Shown here piece after piece: positions 20,351 through 30,700 of a stretch of 56,438 nt of DNA; within the stretch, counting starts at the first letter, position 1; each line of letters starts with the position of its first letter. Both the position numbers and the translations under genes were made by a program. The DNA comes from a virus (taxonomy: Duplodnaviria; Caudoviricetes): positions 1 through 56,438 of the IMG/VR virus record IMGVR_UViG_3300046170_000155. The stretch is one strand, 5' to 3'. A model generated the notes under the pieces. That model did no database searches and was not told the DNA's origin. It worked only from the letters and a program-made list of their open reading frames with translations.

Positions 20351-21606
20351 TGGCTAATACAGTAACAATAGGTAGATTAACTTTTACATCTCCATCTAAC
20401 TTAGCTTACAATGGTGGTGCTAAAACAAGAAATTATACCCTTAGTGGAACAATTGCTCCTACAGGTGCAAATGGTTTAGATGTATCAGAAGCAAAGTACA
20501 TAAGAGATGAATTAGTCTCTATGGCTAATTACGACATAGTATATCCTTTTACCTACACAGGTGATACAACAATTTCTGCTTATGTAAAAATAGAGAGCGC
20601 AGATGTTAACATTGACAGGTTTTTTGGTGCAGGTATGAAATACAATGTCTCATTGAACTTTTTAGGTAATCCCGGAGAACTAAGATTTGAATCACAATTT
20701 TCTGGTGGTGTTTTAGATAATGACCATAGTGTAACTTCTACAGACTCACAATTCTTTTCTCCACCTGTAGGTGCATATTCTATACACATACCTTCAGTAG
20801 GTACAGGAAATCCTCCTGCACAAGAAGATAGAATTGCTTCTTATGGTACTTCTACAGTAACTCTTAAATACTTTAGTGGAGATAACATAAGAACCGACAA
20901 TATAGAATTTGAGTGTAATCCAGAAGATTATCTAAAAGGTGCTTGCGAGATATCAACTAACAGTAGAGTTAGATGTGGACTATATAGCCCTAATACAAAT
21001 GTAGACCAGACTGTTATAAGTAATGGTCTAATAAAAATGGAGTTAACAAATAGTAACACTCAGTCAAGATTTACAACCAGCTTATGGGAAAGCGATGGTT
21101 GGAGAAGTGATAAAGAATTTGCTGTATCTAAAGGTTCTTCTGAAACTGAATGGGATGGTTGGAAGACAGTACAAATAATTAAAAACTATCCAGAGTGTGT
21201 AACAGTTAGATTTACAGCAAACTCAGAAACAAATGGAACAGGAAGATTAACCTTTGATGTTTCTCTCAGAAGAGGTTCAAGATATTTTAGCTTAGTAATT
21301 AATTCATACGGAACTGCTGACCGTATAACAATTAAAAGAACTACGGCAGAGGCATCAACTTCTGCAACAGGATATATAGTTTCTAGTTCAAATGATAGTG
21401 AAGGAAATTATTACTTATTAGGTTCGCCTAATACATTTACAGCAGACACAAGTGATGGTGGGATTTACCTTACAGCTACTCAAATGAAAGCATTTGTAGG
21501 ATATGCCTTAAACGGCTCTTCTTCTGCTGGTGAAAATACACCAGACAATGTTAGAGATTCTTATCTTGATTATATATATGAGTATGTAAGGTCAATTAAG
21601 TCATGA
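20350..21606 (+). CDS. Minor tail protein (distal-tail position)
   Basis: Ser/Thr/Gly-rich beta-type protein between tape measure and large tail protein. Confidence 0.7.
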   Translation: MANTVTIGRLTFTSPSNLAYNGGAKTRNYTLSGTIAPTGANGLDVSEAKYIRDELVSMANYDIVYPFTYTGDTTISAYVKIESADVNIDRFFGAGMKYNVSLNFLGNPGELRFESQFSGGVLDNDHSVTSTDSQFFSPPVGAYSIHIPSVGTGNPPAQEDRIASYGTSTVTLKYFSGDNIRTDNIEFECNPEDYLKGACEISTNSRVRCGLYSPNTNVDQTVISNGLIKMELTNSNTQSRFTTSLWESDGWRSDKEFAVSKGSSETEWDGWKTVQIIKNYPECVTVRFTANSETNGTGRLTFDVSLRRGSRYFSLVINSYGTADRITIKRTTAEASTSATGYIVSSSNDSEGNYYLLGSPNTFTADTSDGGIYLTATQMKAFVGYALNGSSSAGENTPDNVRDSYLDYIYEYVRSIKS

Positions 21607-24600
21607 GTGTAAATGAAAAGTTAATGGCTCCGGGAACATTTAATGTTTCCTTAAGTTTAGAGACCACACCTAATTCAGTTATAAATGCAATGGTTCCATG
21701 GGGAAATATTGTCTTAACTCCAACAAGAATAAACCCAGATGAATTTACAGATGCTCAAGTAAGAGATTTAGCAAGATATGTAGGTATTGTTCAAACACAA
21801 GAAATAAGTGAAGAAGGAATTGAAATAGGTGGTAAAGGTATTCTTACTTATCTAGGAGATAATGATTCTAGAGGTTTAGTGCTTGCAAGAAATGCTGGTA
21901 TAGGTGCTGTTAGAGATTATCAGAGAGATACTTTAGATGATGTACTAGATAGAAATACATCAACACCTAATGGACTACTAAGAGATGAAGCAGGAAATGT
22001 AAGAGCAGTAAGAAAAGGTACAGTAACAGAAGTTTCTTTTGACGACACAGTACTTCTTTTAAATTTTGAGGGAAGCAATGGAGATACTACTACTACTGAT
22101 GGCTCTGTATTTACATCTAATCAAGTTATTACTTTTAGTGGAACAGCAGATATTTCTAGTGACCAAGCAAATTATGGAAATACAAGTCTTAATCTAAGTA
22201 CAGACGGATTTGTAACCGTAGCAGATAGACCAGAATTAGATTTAACTTATCAAGAGTTTACAGTCGAATGGTGGGAGTATAGAACATCTTCTAGTGGTAA
22301 TCCTACCGTCATGGCTAGAAACAATGATACATACTCTCCATGGATATTTGGTAAAGCTGTTAATGGAAGAAACAAAGCTTTTATTACTCACGATGGTAAT
22401 GGATATGGAACAGATGAAGACTTAAATATAGATATGGGTTCTATTGATTTAAATCAATGGAATCATTTTGCTATTTCACATAAAGGCAATAAGTTTAGAA
22501 CTTATAAAAATGGTGTACAGGTAGCAGAAGAAGATAGACCAGAATTATTTATCAGAGTTAGTTCAGACTCTTTACAGATTGGTAAAGGACAAGACGGAAA
22601 CTTTTTTGAAGGTTATCTTGATGGAATAGTTGTAACTAGAGGTGCAGCAAAGTATTGGGACGCATTTACTCCTAGTACTTCTGCACCTGTAGCTACAACA
22701 TCTAACAAAACTTATACAGGTAAACACTATTTAGAAGGAGCGTATAAAGCTCTAAAAACAGTAGCAACAGCACTAGGCGCTGAGTTTAAAATTAATAATA
22801 ACGGTACATTAGATGTTGGCCCCGCTTCTAGTTTGTTTACTGGTCATGAGGATAACGAACCCCAAGGAATTATAGTAAGAAGATTATCTGGGCAAGACCC
22901 TTCAATTAAAGGTTATGATGGTTTTGATTTAACAACAGAGTTTAATGCAGAAGATTATGTAAGTCGTGTAGAACTTATTGCAAACGGTAATGGAAAAGAA
23001 ATTAACTTAGGTCAAGCTGATGCTAAGAACATTCCATATAAAGACTTGTTTGGCAATCCTTTAGAGAGAATACAGATTTTAGCAGAAAATGAAATACCAG
23101 ATAATCTAAGAGATGTTAGAGCAGAAGCTTACCTTAATGAATATAACAAAATAGATAAAACATTAAATGTAGGTCTATCAGACTATGACATATCGGGAGA
23201 TATTAGTGTTGGAGATGTTATCTATGTATACGACCCAGAAGTAGGTTTTGAAGATACACAAGATGAGGCAACACTAGAAAACAGAGATAGATATGAAATT
23301 ACATATCAAGGTCAAATACTAAACCCTATAAAAATTAGAATAATGGGTTTATCTTTTCCTATATCAGAAGGTATGGGGGTTTATTACAGAGATGCTAATG
23401 GTAACTATACAGATATAACTGATTACACAAATTTTGAAGTAGGAAGTACTCAAATAGAAGTAGGTTCTACTACACCAAATATAAATGAAGATTTAAGAGC
23501 TACTGGTTCAATTGTTTCAATTGGAAGTACTAACGAATATCATGTACCAGACGCTCCTACTAACTTAACAGTAGCAAAAGGTACTTATCAAGATGGTAGT
23601 GGTAGACCTTTTGCTTTTGCTCGTTTAAGTTGGACTGAGCCAAATAACACAGACGGTTCAAGAATTACTGACGGTAATATGTATCGTGTTAGGTATAGAC
23701 AAGTTACAGATGTTGACGGAAACAATCTTATAGATAGTAACGACAATCAAGTCACAGATTATGAATATTTATCTGTTTCCTTTGGAACTACTACAACAGT
23801 TATTAAAGGATTAGGTGTAAGTAATACTTATGAGTTTGGAGTACAAGCTATAGATAACTCTGGTTTTTCTGCTGGCTATTCTATTATTACAGCAGAACAA
23901 ATGCCTGTTGACGGTACTATACCACCTGCACCTGTAGCACCTACAGGAACTTTTGGAGCAATAGCTTCTAATGCAGCACAAATACAAATATCTCATAAAT
24001 TAGCAGCTGCTGAAGATGCAGATGGTAATGCAATAAACTCACCAACAAACTTTACTTTACCTAGAGATATTGACCATTTGAATGTGTATAGAAACACAAG
24101 CTCATCTTTTACTCCTAGTGCTAGTACTTTTGTTGGAGAGATACAAGCAAGAGCTGGACATATAGACGGAGAAATAACAGCTATAAATACTTTTATTGTT
24201 AGTACAGCAGGTACATGGTATTACAAACTTACAGCAGTTGATGTAGCTGGAAATGAATCTGACCCATCTACTGCTCAACAAGCAGAACACGAATTAATAA
24301 CTAAAGAGTATATCGCAGACGCAGAAATTACAACTATAAAAATTGGTGAAGCACAAGTAACTGATGCAAAAATAGACACTATGACTGCTGCTAAAATTAC
24401 AGCAGGAACTATTAGTGGTAAAGAAATAATAATTGATACAGATAGTGCTACCGACCCATCAAACCCTGTATTGGGAACAATACGAAGTAATAATTATGTA
24501 ACAAATACATCTGGTTGGATTATAAAATCTGATGGCTCTGTTGAGTTTGAAACAGGAACATTTAGAGGAAATTTAGATGCAGCAGGCGGTACATTTTCTG

Positions 24601-26105
24601 GAGATTTAAGTGCAGCAGGTGGTACATTCACAGGAACACTATCTGGTGTAGACGGTAACTTTACAGGAACAATTTCTGCCACACAAATAACTGGTGGAAC
24701 TTTGACTGCAAACATTATAGACGGTGGAGAAATAGATGGTTCGTCTATAGATTTAGGTAGCGGAACATTTACTGTTGACACCTCTGGAAATATGGTTGCG
24801 ACCTCTGCAACTATTACAGGTGCAATAACATCATCATCTGGAACTATCGGTGGTTGGACAATAGGTTCAACAGATTTATCTTCTGGAAATATATCAATAG
24901 ATTCTGGTGGAACTATATCGGGTAATTATTCTGCTAGTACTGGTTGGAGAATACAGTCAGATGGTAGTGCAGATTTTAATAATGTAAATGTTAGAGGAGA
25001 CCTTTTAGGTGTAGAGCTTAAGGGAGATTTAGACTTTAACGGTGGTAGATTAAGAACATCAACATCTGGAACAAGAATTGAAATAACTGACAACAACAAC
25101 CAAGAAGGTGAAATAGATTTTATAACAAGCGCTGGGTTTACGGGTAAAATATCTGCTGATTCTACAACTCAATTCCTTATTGAAAATGGTGTGTTATCTG
25201 GAAAAATAAAACTTGCTTTGGATGCTGCACAAGACGAAATAGAATTACAAGCTACAAGAATTAACTTTTCTGACCCTCTTGGGTTAAATCCAATAATTGA
25301 AATAAATGGTAGTACTAGTACAAATAAAAAATTAGGTGTAAATTCAAGTGGTCGTTTAGAATTTCAAACTGATTCTGTTGGTTCTCACTCTCATTCAGAA
25401 TCAGATATATCAAATATTGGTAATCACGCTCACGCATCGAATGCTAGCTGGTTATCTGGATATGCTTCTACAAGTCATAATAACGACCAACACTCAACAA
25501 ATTTTGCAACAGAATCATCTGTTACTTCTCTAACAAACTCTTTAACAAGCCATGTTGGTCACTCAACTGTAGGTACTGGTATATCTCAAATAAACTCTCC
25601 ATCTAAAGGATTTTTTAGTAGTTATTCATTTAATTCAGGAACAGGTGCTTTTTCTGTGTCTACCTCAACAGTAACATCATCCTCTATAACTGTTGGTAAT
25701 TTATTTCCAAATACAAGTAATGGAAACCTAGGTTTTCCTACTAGTTCTTTAAGGTGGAAGAACCTTTATCTACAAAACTCACCCAATGTATCTTCAGACG
25801 AAAGAAAAAAAGAAGACATTGAGGACCTTATTTATGGCTTAGATTATATAAAGTCTTTAGAACCTAAATCTTTTAAAATGAAAGACAGGGAAGATGAAGC
25901 TATAAATTTTGGTTTTATTGCACAAGATTTATATACAACACCACCAGAACCAAATATTGATATTGCTTTAGTTGAGTACACAGAGGATAGTGATGATTAC
26001 GGAGTTAGATATACAGAATTAATTGCTCCTTTAGTAAAAGCAATACAAGAACTCTCAGCTAAGAATGATGAGTTACAATTAAGACTAGAAGCGTTGGAGG
26101 GATAA
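21603..26105 (+). CDS. Large tail-tip/central fibre protein with LamG, Fn3 and C-terminal S74 chaperone domains
   Basis: LLLNFEG...FTVEWW...NQWNHFAI...F.GYLD (LamG); YEFGVQAIDNSG and WYYKLTAVDVAGNES (Fn3); SDERKKEDI...GFIAQD...Y.ELIA.LVKAIQEL (S74). Confidence 0.9.
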   Translation: MSVNEKLMAPGTFNVSLSLETTPNSVINAMVPWGNIVLTPTRINPDEFTDAQVRDLARYVGIVQTQEISEEGIEIGGKGILTYLGDNDSRGLVLARNAGIGAVRDYQRDTLDDVLDRNTSTPNGLLRDEAGNVRAVRKGTVTEVSFDDTVLLLNFEGSNGDTTTTDGSVFTSNQVITFSGTADISSDQANYGNTSLNLSTDGFVTVADRPELDLTYQEFTVEWWEYRTSSSGNPTVMARNNDTYSPWIFGKAVNGRNKAFITHDGNGYGTDEDLNIDMGSIDLNQWNHFAISHKGNKFRTYKNGVQVAEEDRPELFIRVSSDSLQIGKGQDGNFFEGYLDGIVVTRGAAKYWDAFTPSTSAPVATTSNKTYTGKHYLEGAYKALKTVATALGAEFKINNNGTLDVGPASSLFTGHEDNEPQGIIVRRLSGQDPSIKGYDGFDLTTEFNAEDYVSRVELIANGNGKEINLGQADAKNIPYKDLFGNPLERIQILAENEIPDNLRDVRAEAYLNEYNKIDKTLNVGLSDYDISGDISVGDVIYVYDPEVGFEDTQDEATLENRDRYEITYQGQILNPIKIRIMGLSFPISEGMGVYYRDANGNYTDITDYTNFEVGSTQIEVGSTTPNINEDLRATGSIVSIGSTNEYHVPDAPTNLTVAKGTYQDGSGRPFAFARLSWTEPNNTDGSRITDGNMYRVRYRQVTDVDGNNLIDSNDNQVTDYEYLSVSFGTTTTVIKGLGVSNTYEFGVQAIDNSGFSAGYSIITAEQMPVDGTIPPAPVAPTGTFGAIASNAAQIQISHKLAAAEDADGNAINSPTNFTLPRDIDHLNVYRNTSSSFTPSASTFVGEIQARAGHIDGEITAINTFIVSTAGTWYYKLTAVDVAGNESDPSTAQQAEHELITKEYIADAEITTIKIGEAQVTDAKIDTMTAAKITAGTISGKEIIIDTDSATDPSNPVLGTIRSNNYVTNTSGWIIKSDGSVEFETGTFRGNLDAAGGTFSGDLSAAGGTFTGTLSGVDGNFTGTISATQITGGTLTANIIDGGEIDGSSIDLGSGTFTVDTSGNMVATSATITGAITSSSGTIGGWTIGSTDLSSGNISIDSGGTISGNYSASTGWRIQSDGSADFNNVNVRGDLLGVELKGDLDFNGGRLRTSTSGTRIEITDNNNQEGEIDFITSAGFTGKISADSTTQFLIENGVLSGKIKLALDAAQDEIELQATRINFSDPLGLNPIIEINGSTSTNKKLGVNSSGRLEFQTDSVGSHSHSESDISNIGNHAHASNASWLSGYASTSHNNDQHSTNFATESSVTSLTNSLTSHVGHSTVGTGISQINSPSKGFFSSYSFNSGTGAFSVSTSTVTSSSITVGNLFPNTSNGNLGFPTSSLRWKNLYLQNSPNVSSDERKKEDIEDLIYGLDYIKSLEPKSFKMKDREDEAINFGFIAQDLYTTPPEPNIDIALVEYTEDSDDYGVRYTELIAPLVKAIQELSAKNDELQLRLEALEG

Positions 26106-26278
26106 TGCACGAATTAACAGAACAAGAAAAAGAAGCTCTTTTATTATTACAAATAAAACAAGCTCGTGAAATATTGTATGGTGCTCAAAATATTGAAGAA
26201 GATGAAGAAACCATAAATCATTTACAATCAAAAGTTAATACATTAGAAGCTAAATATACAGAACAATTCGGTGAATAA
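26105..26278 (+). CDS. Small coiled-coil hypothetical protein
   Basis: 57 aa MHELTEQEKEALLLLQIK...; TAATG coupling at both ends. Confidence 0.65.
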   Translation: MHELTEQEKEALLLLQIKQAREILYGAQNIEEDEETINHLQSKVNTLEAKYTEQFGE

Positions 26279-26610
26279 TGGCTGAAGAAGTAGAGCCTAA
26301 AAAAGAGCCAAAACCAAAAAAAAATAATAATTTTGACTATAGATTACATAGTCATGGCGATAAGTTAGCTTATTTACTTGACCAAATGTTTGCTTTGGAA
26401 GGAGCTTTATTTGCTCACAATATAAATATGTTGGACGAGAATCATTCTATGTATCACGAATGGAAAGAAAAACAAACACAAATAGAAAATGAAATATTTA
26501 GATTGAGATACATCTATGAAAAAATGGGGGGTGCTTGGGAAAACCTACAAGATATAGAGTGGGAAGATTCAGTTGACGAGTACGGAGAACCCATAGATGA
26601 CACAGACTAA
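26278..26610 (+). CDS. Hypothetical protein
   Basis: 110-aa ORF coupled to neighbours. Confidence 0.7.
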   Translation: MAEEVEPKKEPKPKKNNNFDYRLHSHGDKLAYLLDQMFALEGALFAHNINMLDENHSMYHEWKEKQTQIENEIFRLRYIYEKMGGAWENLQDIEWEDSVDEYGEPIDDTD

Positions 26611-27736
26611 CCATACACATACATCAGAGGAGATGGCAACATCTACTTCTTTTACTCACTCTTTTCAAGGTTTTCAAACACAAAACTATACAACTAAGAT
26701 AGAATCTTTTCAAGATATACTTTATCTTGACGGTAAGTCTATATTTTCTGATGGTGCTTTATCAATTGGTACATCTAGTAGTAATCCAATTTATTTAGGT
26801 ACTGATTCAAATGCACATTTTAAAATAGAAACAGATGGAACAATTAACTTCCTATCTGGAAAAATGTCTATTGATGGAGATACAGGTTCTGTAGGTCAAG
26901 TTCTATCTAGTGATGGAAGTGGTAATTTATCTTGGCAGACAGTAGATTTTACCCAGTACGCTTTTTCTAATATTTCTGTATCTGGCGAAGTAAACATACA
27001 AGCTAGCTCTACTAGTGATACATTAACTTTTGCTGCTGGTTCTGGTATAGATATTGCAACATCTGGTAGTACAGTAACTATATCGAGTGATAGTACTGCA
27101 CACAATACCTTTAAATTTATAGCACCATTAGACGGTGCAGGTTCTACATCTGGTAATACAATTACAGCAGATAGTCAAAATGATACACTTACCTTTGTTG
27201 CTGGTAGTGGTATATCTCTATCTTTTGATGAAAATAATGACAAAATTACATTTGAGGCAAGTCAAGCAGGCGAAACAAATCAGAACGCTATCACATCTAT
27301 TGGTGTGTCTGGTCAATCTACACTATCTGCTAGTCAATCAAGTGATGCAATAAATTTTGATTCTGTAACAGACAGAAATATTGTAGAAATAAGTACAGAT
27401 ACCGCTAATAAAAAAGTTAACTTCAAAACCAAGTTACCAAGAACTTTAAGTATGAGTGGTAGAATACCAACAAGGCTAAGTGACGGAAGTATATCTGGAA
27501 TGCCTCTCAAAAATCACTTCTTTAACCAAACAGTTAGCGGTGTTAACGTAAGTGGTGGAGGTTCATCAGTAGGTTTTAGCGCTAGAGCAGTTGTTTGTAA
27601 GGAAGCAAATGGTACTACTCATAAAATAACTATGCCTGCGTCCGGTGACAACAGCTTATCATTCTCTCTGGGTGAAAATTCGTCTGGAAGTTCACTTGGA
27701 ACACTAGAAATAGATATGACAGAAAGTAATTTATAA
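26597..27736 (+). CDS. Tail fibre/adaptor protein
   Basis: G..GQVLSSDGSGNLSW and three AF..I.V.G...I.A....DTLTF.AGSGI repeats. Confidence 0.8.
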   Translation: MTQTNHTHTSEEMATSTSFTHSFQGFQTQNYTTKIESFQDILYLDGKSIFSDGALSIGTSSSNPIYLGTDSNAHFKIETDGTINFLSGKMSIDGDTGSVGQVLSSDGSGNLSWQTVDFTQYAFSNISVSGEVNIQASSTSDTLTFAAGSGIDIATSGSTVTISSDSTAHNTFKFIAPLDGAGSTSGNTITADSQNDTLTFVAGSGISLSFDENNDKITFEASQAGETNQNAITSIGVSGQSTLSASQSSDAINFDSVTDRNIVEISTDTANKKVNFKTKLPRTLSMSGRIPTRLSDGSISGMPLKNHFFNQTVSGVNVSGGGSSVGFSARAVVCKEANGTTHKITMPASGDNSLSFSLGENSSGSSLGTLEIDMTESNL

Positions 27737-30700
27737 TGGCCGCGAAAAGCCCAATTAGGTATATATTCGATACAGATGGTAACGTATCCGAATTTTCAGA
27801 GTTTCAAGCTTCGGACTTTATTTCAATAAGTGATGGTGGTACAGGTGCTATAACTGCTTCAGCTGCTAGAACAGCTCTTGGATTAGAAATCGGAACAGAT
27901 ATTCAAGGTTATGACGCAGAACTACAAGCTTTATCTGGATTAACACCAACTGATTCTAATTTTATTGTTGGTAATGGAACTACTTTTGTTACAGAATCTG
28001 GTTCAACAGTTAGAAACTCATTAGGTTTAGGGACAGCTGACTCTGTAGAATTTAATACCATACAAACTGCTAACTTAACAATAGGTGGTCCTTCCTTAAC
28101 ATTAGAGGGAGCTACTAACGATTCTTTTGAGGCTACTTTAGTAGTAACAGACCCAACAGCAGACAGAACAATAACTTTTCAAGACGCAACTGGAACGGTT
28201 GCTTTATTATCTGATGTAACAGCACAAGATGTTGATTTTGCAGGTGATACAGGAACTGGTGCAGTAGATTTAGACTCACAAACTTTTACAATTCAAGGTA
28301 CTACTAACGAAATAGAAACTAGTGCTAGTGGTCAGATTTTGACAATTGGTTTGCCAAACGATGTAACTATAGGTAACGACTTAACTATTACAGGTAACTT
28401 AACTGTTCAAGGAACTCAAACAATATTAGAAACAGAGACCTTAACAGTAGATGATAATGTTATAGTTCTAAACTCTAATGCTACTGGCTCTGCAACTGTA
28501 GATGCTGGTATAGAGATAGAAAGAGGAGATGACTCTAATGTAACTCTTGTATGGGACGAAACAAACAACAGATGGACTGTTGGCTCAGAATCTTTTGTTG
28601 CCTCTACCTTTATAGGTAACTTAACAGGAAATGTTACAGGAAATGTAACAGGAAATGTTGCAGGAGATTTAACAGGTAATGTAACCGCAACATCTATACT
28701 TGCTGATGGTGTAACGGCTAGTACTCAATCAGTTGGAGATAATTCAACTAAAGTTGCAACTACTGCTTATGTAGATGCACAAGTAGCTACTGAAGATACA
28801 TTAGCAGAAATGAACGATGTAACACTTACAAGTTCACAAAACGGAGATTTCTTAAGATATAACGGAAGCGTATGGATTAATGACGCAGTTGATTTAGCAA
28901 CAGATACAGTAGGTGACTTTGTACAAAGTATAACTGCTGGTGATGGTCTAGCAATAGATGTTACTTCTGGAGAAGCACAAACTCCAACTCTTTCTGTAAA
29001 TGTTGATGATAGTTCTATAGAGATAGATACCGATACATTACAAGTAAAAGCTCTTGGTATTACAAATGCAATGCTTGCTGGTTCTATTGAGAATGCAAAG
29101 CTTACAAATAGTGACATAACTTTCACAGATGGAACTACTCCAACTGTTGCAAGTCTTGGAGATACAATAACTTTTACTGGTGGTACTGGCGTAACAATTG
29201 CTAATACTTCTGGTAACTTTGATTTTAGTTTTGACATCGCAGAAGTAAAATCACAAGTAGACGAATATGCACAAGATGCTTTAAATGATGCTTTTGCAGC
29301 AGGTACACAAACAAGAATAACAGTAGCTTATGACGACAATGCTAACTCACTTAGCTACACAGTAGATGATGATTTAGCTAATTACGATAACACAAATACT
29401 GCTTTCATAGATTTAACAGACTTATCAGTAGCAAGTGGTTCTGGTCTTACTTATAACTCTTCAACTGGAGAGTTTGGAACTTCTGCAATACCTAATTCAC
29501 AACTTGAAAATAGTTCTGTAACTATTAATGCTAATGCTCTATCACTTGGTGGAACATTAACATTAGTTACAGACGATATAGCAGAAGATGGTTCACCAAC
29601 TAATCTTTGGTATACAGACGCAAGGGTCGGAACTTACCTTACAACTAATAGCTACGCTACAGAAACTTATGTTGATAATGCAGTAGCAACTGAAAACGAA
29701 ATAAGCGAAATGAATGATGTCACACTGACATCCTTATCTACTGGTGAATTTTTACAATATAATGGTTCAGCTTGGGTAAACATTGATTTAGATACTGACG
29801 ACATTGACGAAGGTTCTAACTTATTTTATACAACTACAAGAGCTAATACAGATATAGATGCAAGAGTAGATAAAGCTTTTGTTGATGCTCTTAATGTAGA
29901 TGCAGATACCTTAGATGGTATTAACAGCACAGGATTTGCTACAGCTGCTCAAGGAACATTAGCTGATAGTGCTGTACAACCAAGTGATAATATATCAACT
30001 CTTACTAATGACAGTGCATTTATAACTCTTACAAGTTTATCTGGAACATCTGGTGTTACTTATAACAATGCAACTGGTGCAATATCTATTGGACAGCCAG
30101 TAGCAACTACTGACAATGTTACATTTAATAATATAACTGTAGATGGAGTACTTAATTCAGACGATATAACAGCTACAACTATGACTGTTTCTAATGATTT
30201 AGTTGTAACTGGAGATTTAACAGTACAAGGAACAACTACAACTCTTAATACTGACACAGTATCTACTGAAGAAAATATGATAAAACTTGCTAGTGGTAAT
30301 ACTGGTAACGGAACAGACATTGGTATATACGGTAAAGTTGTTCAGTCGTCCACAACTAAATATGTAGGTTTACATTGGGACCCAGGTGTAGGTCAAAATA
30401 AATTTAAACTATTCGATAGTCTAACTGTTGAACCAGCAGGTACAGTCGATACTGCTGACCTCTTCTTATAACAAAGCAGTATTAGTAGCAGACATAGAAG
30501 GTAATGTAACTGGTGCTTTAACTGGTAATGCAGACACTGCAACTGCTTTAGCTTCTGGACAAAACTTCTCATTAACTGGAGATGTCACTGCAAGTGCTAT
30601 AAGTTTCGATGGAACTGGTGCAGTAGCTTTAGCAACAACAGTAACTGAAAGTGCTGTAACTCAGCATCAAGCTGCGTTAAGTATTACTGAATCACAGATA

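Noticed and set aside
30428-30471. Split of the giant fibre into two genes or a phase-variable switch
   Set aside because: Removing one C restores a continuous frame; no slippery heptamer, long homopolymer or RBS.
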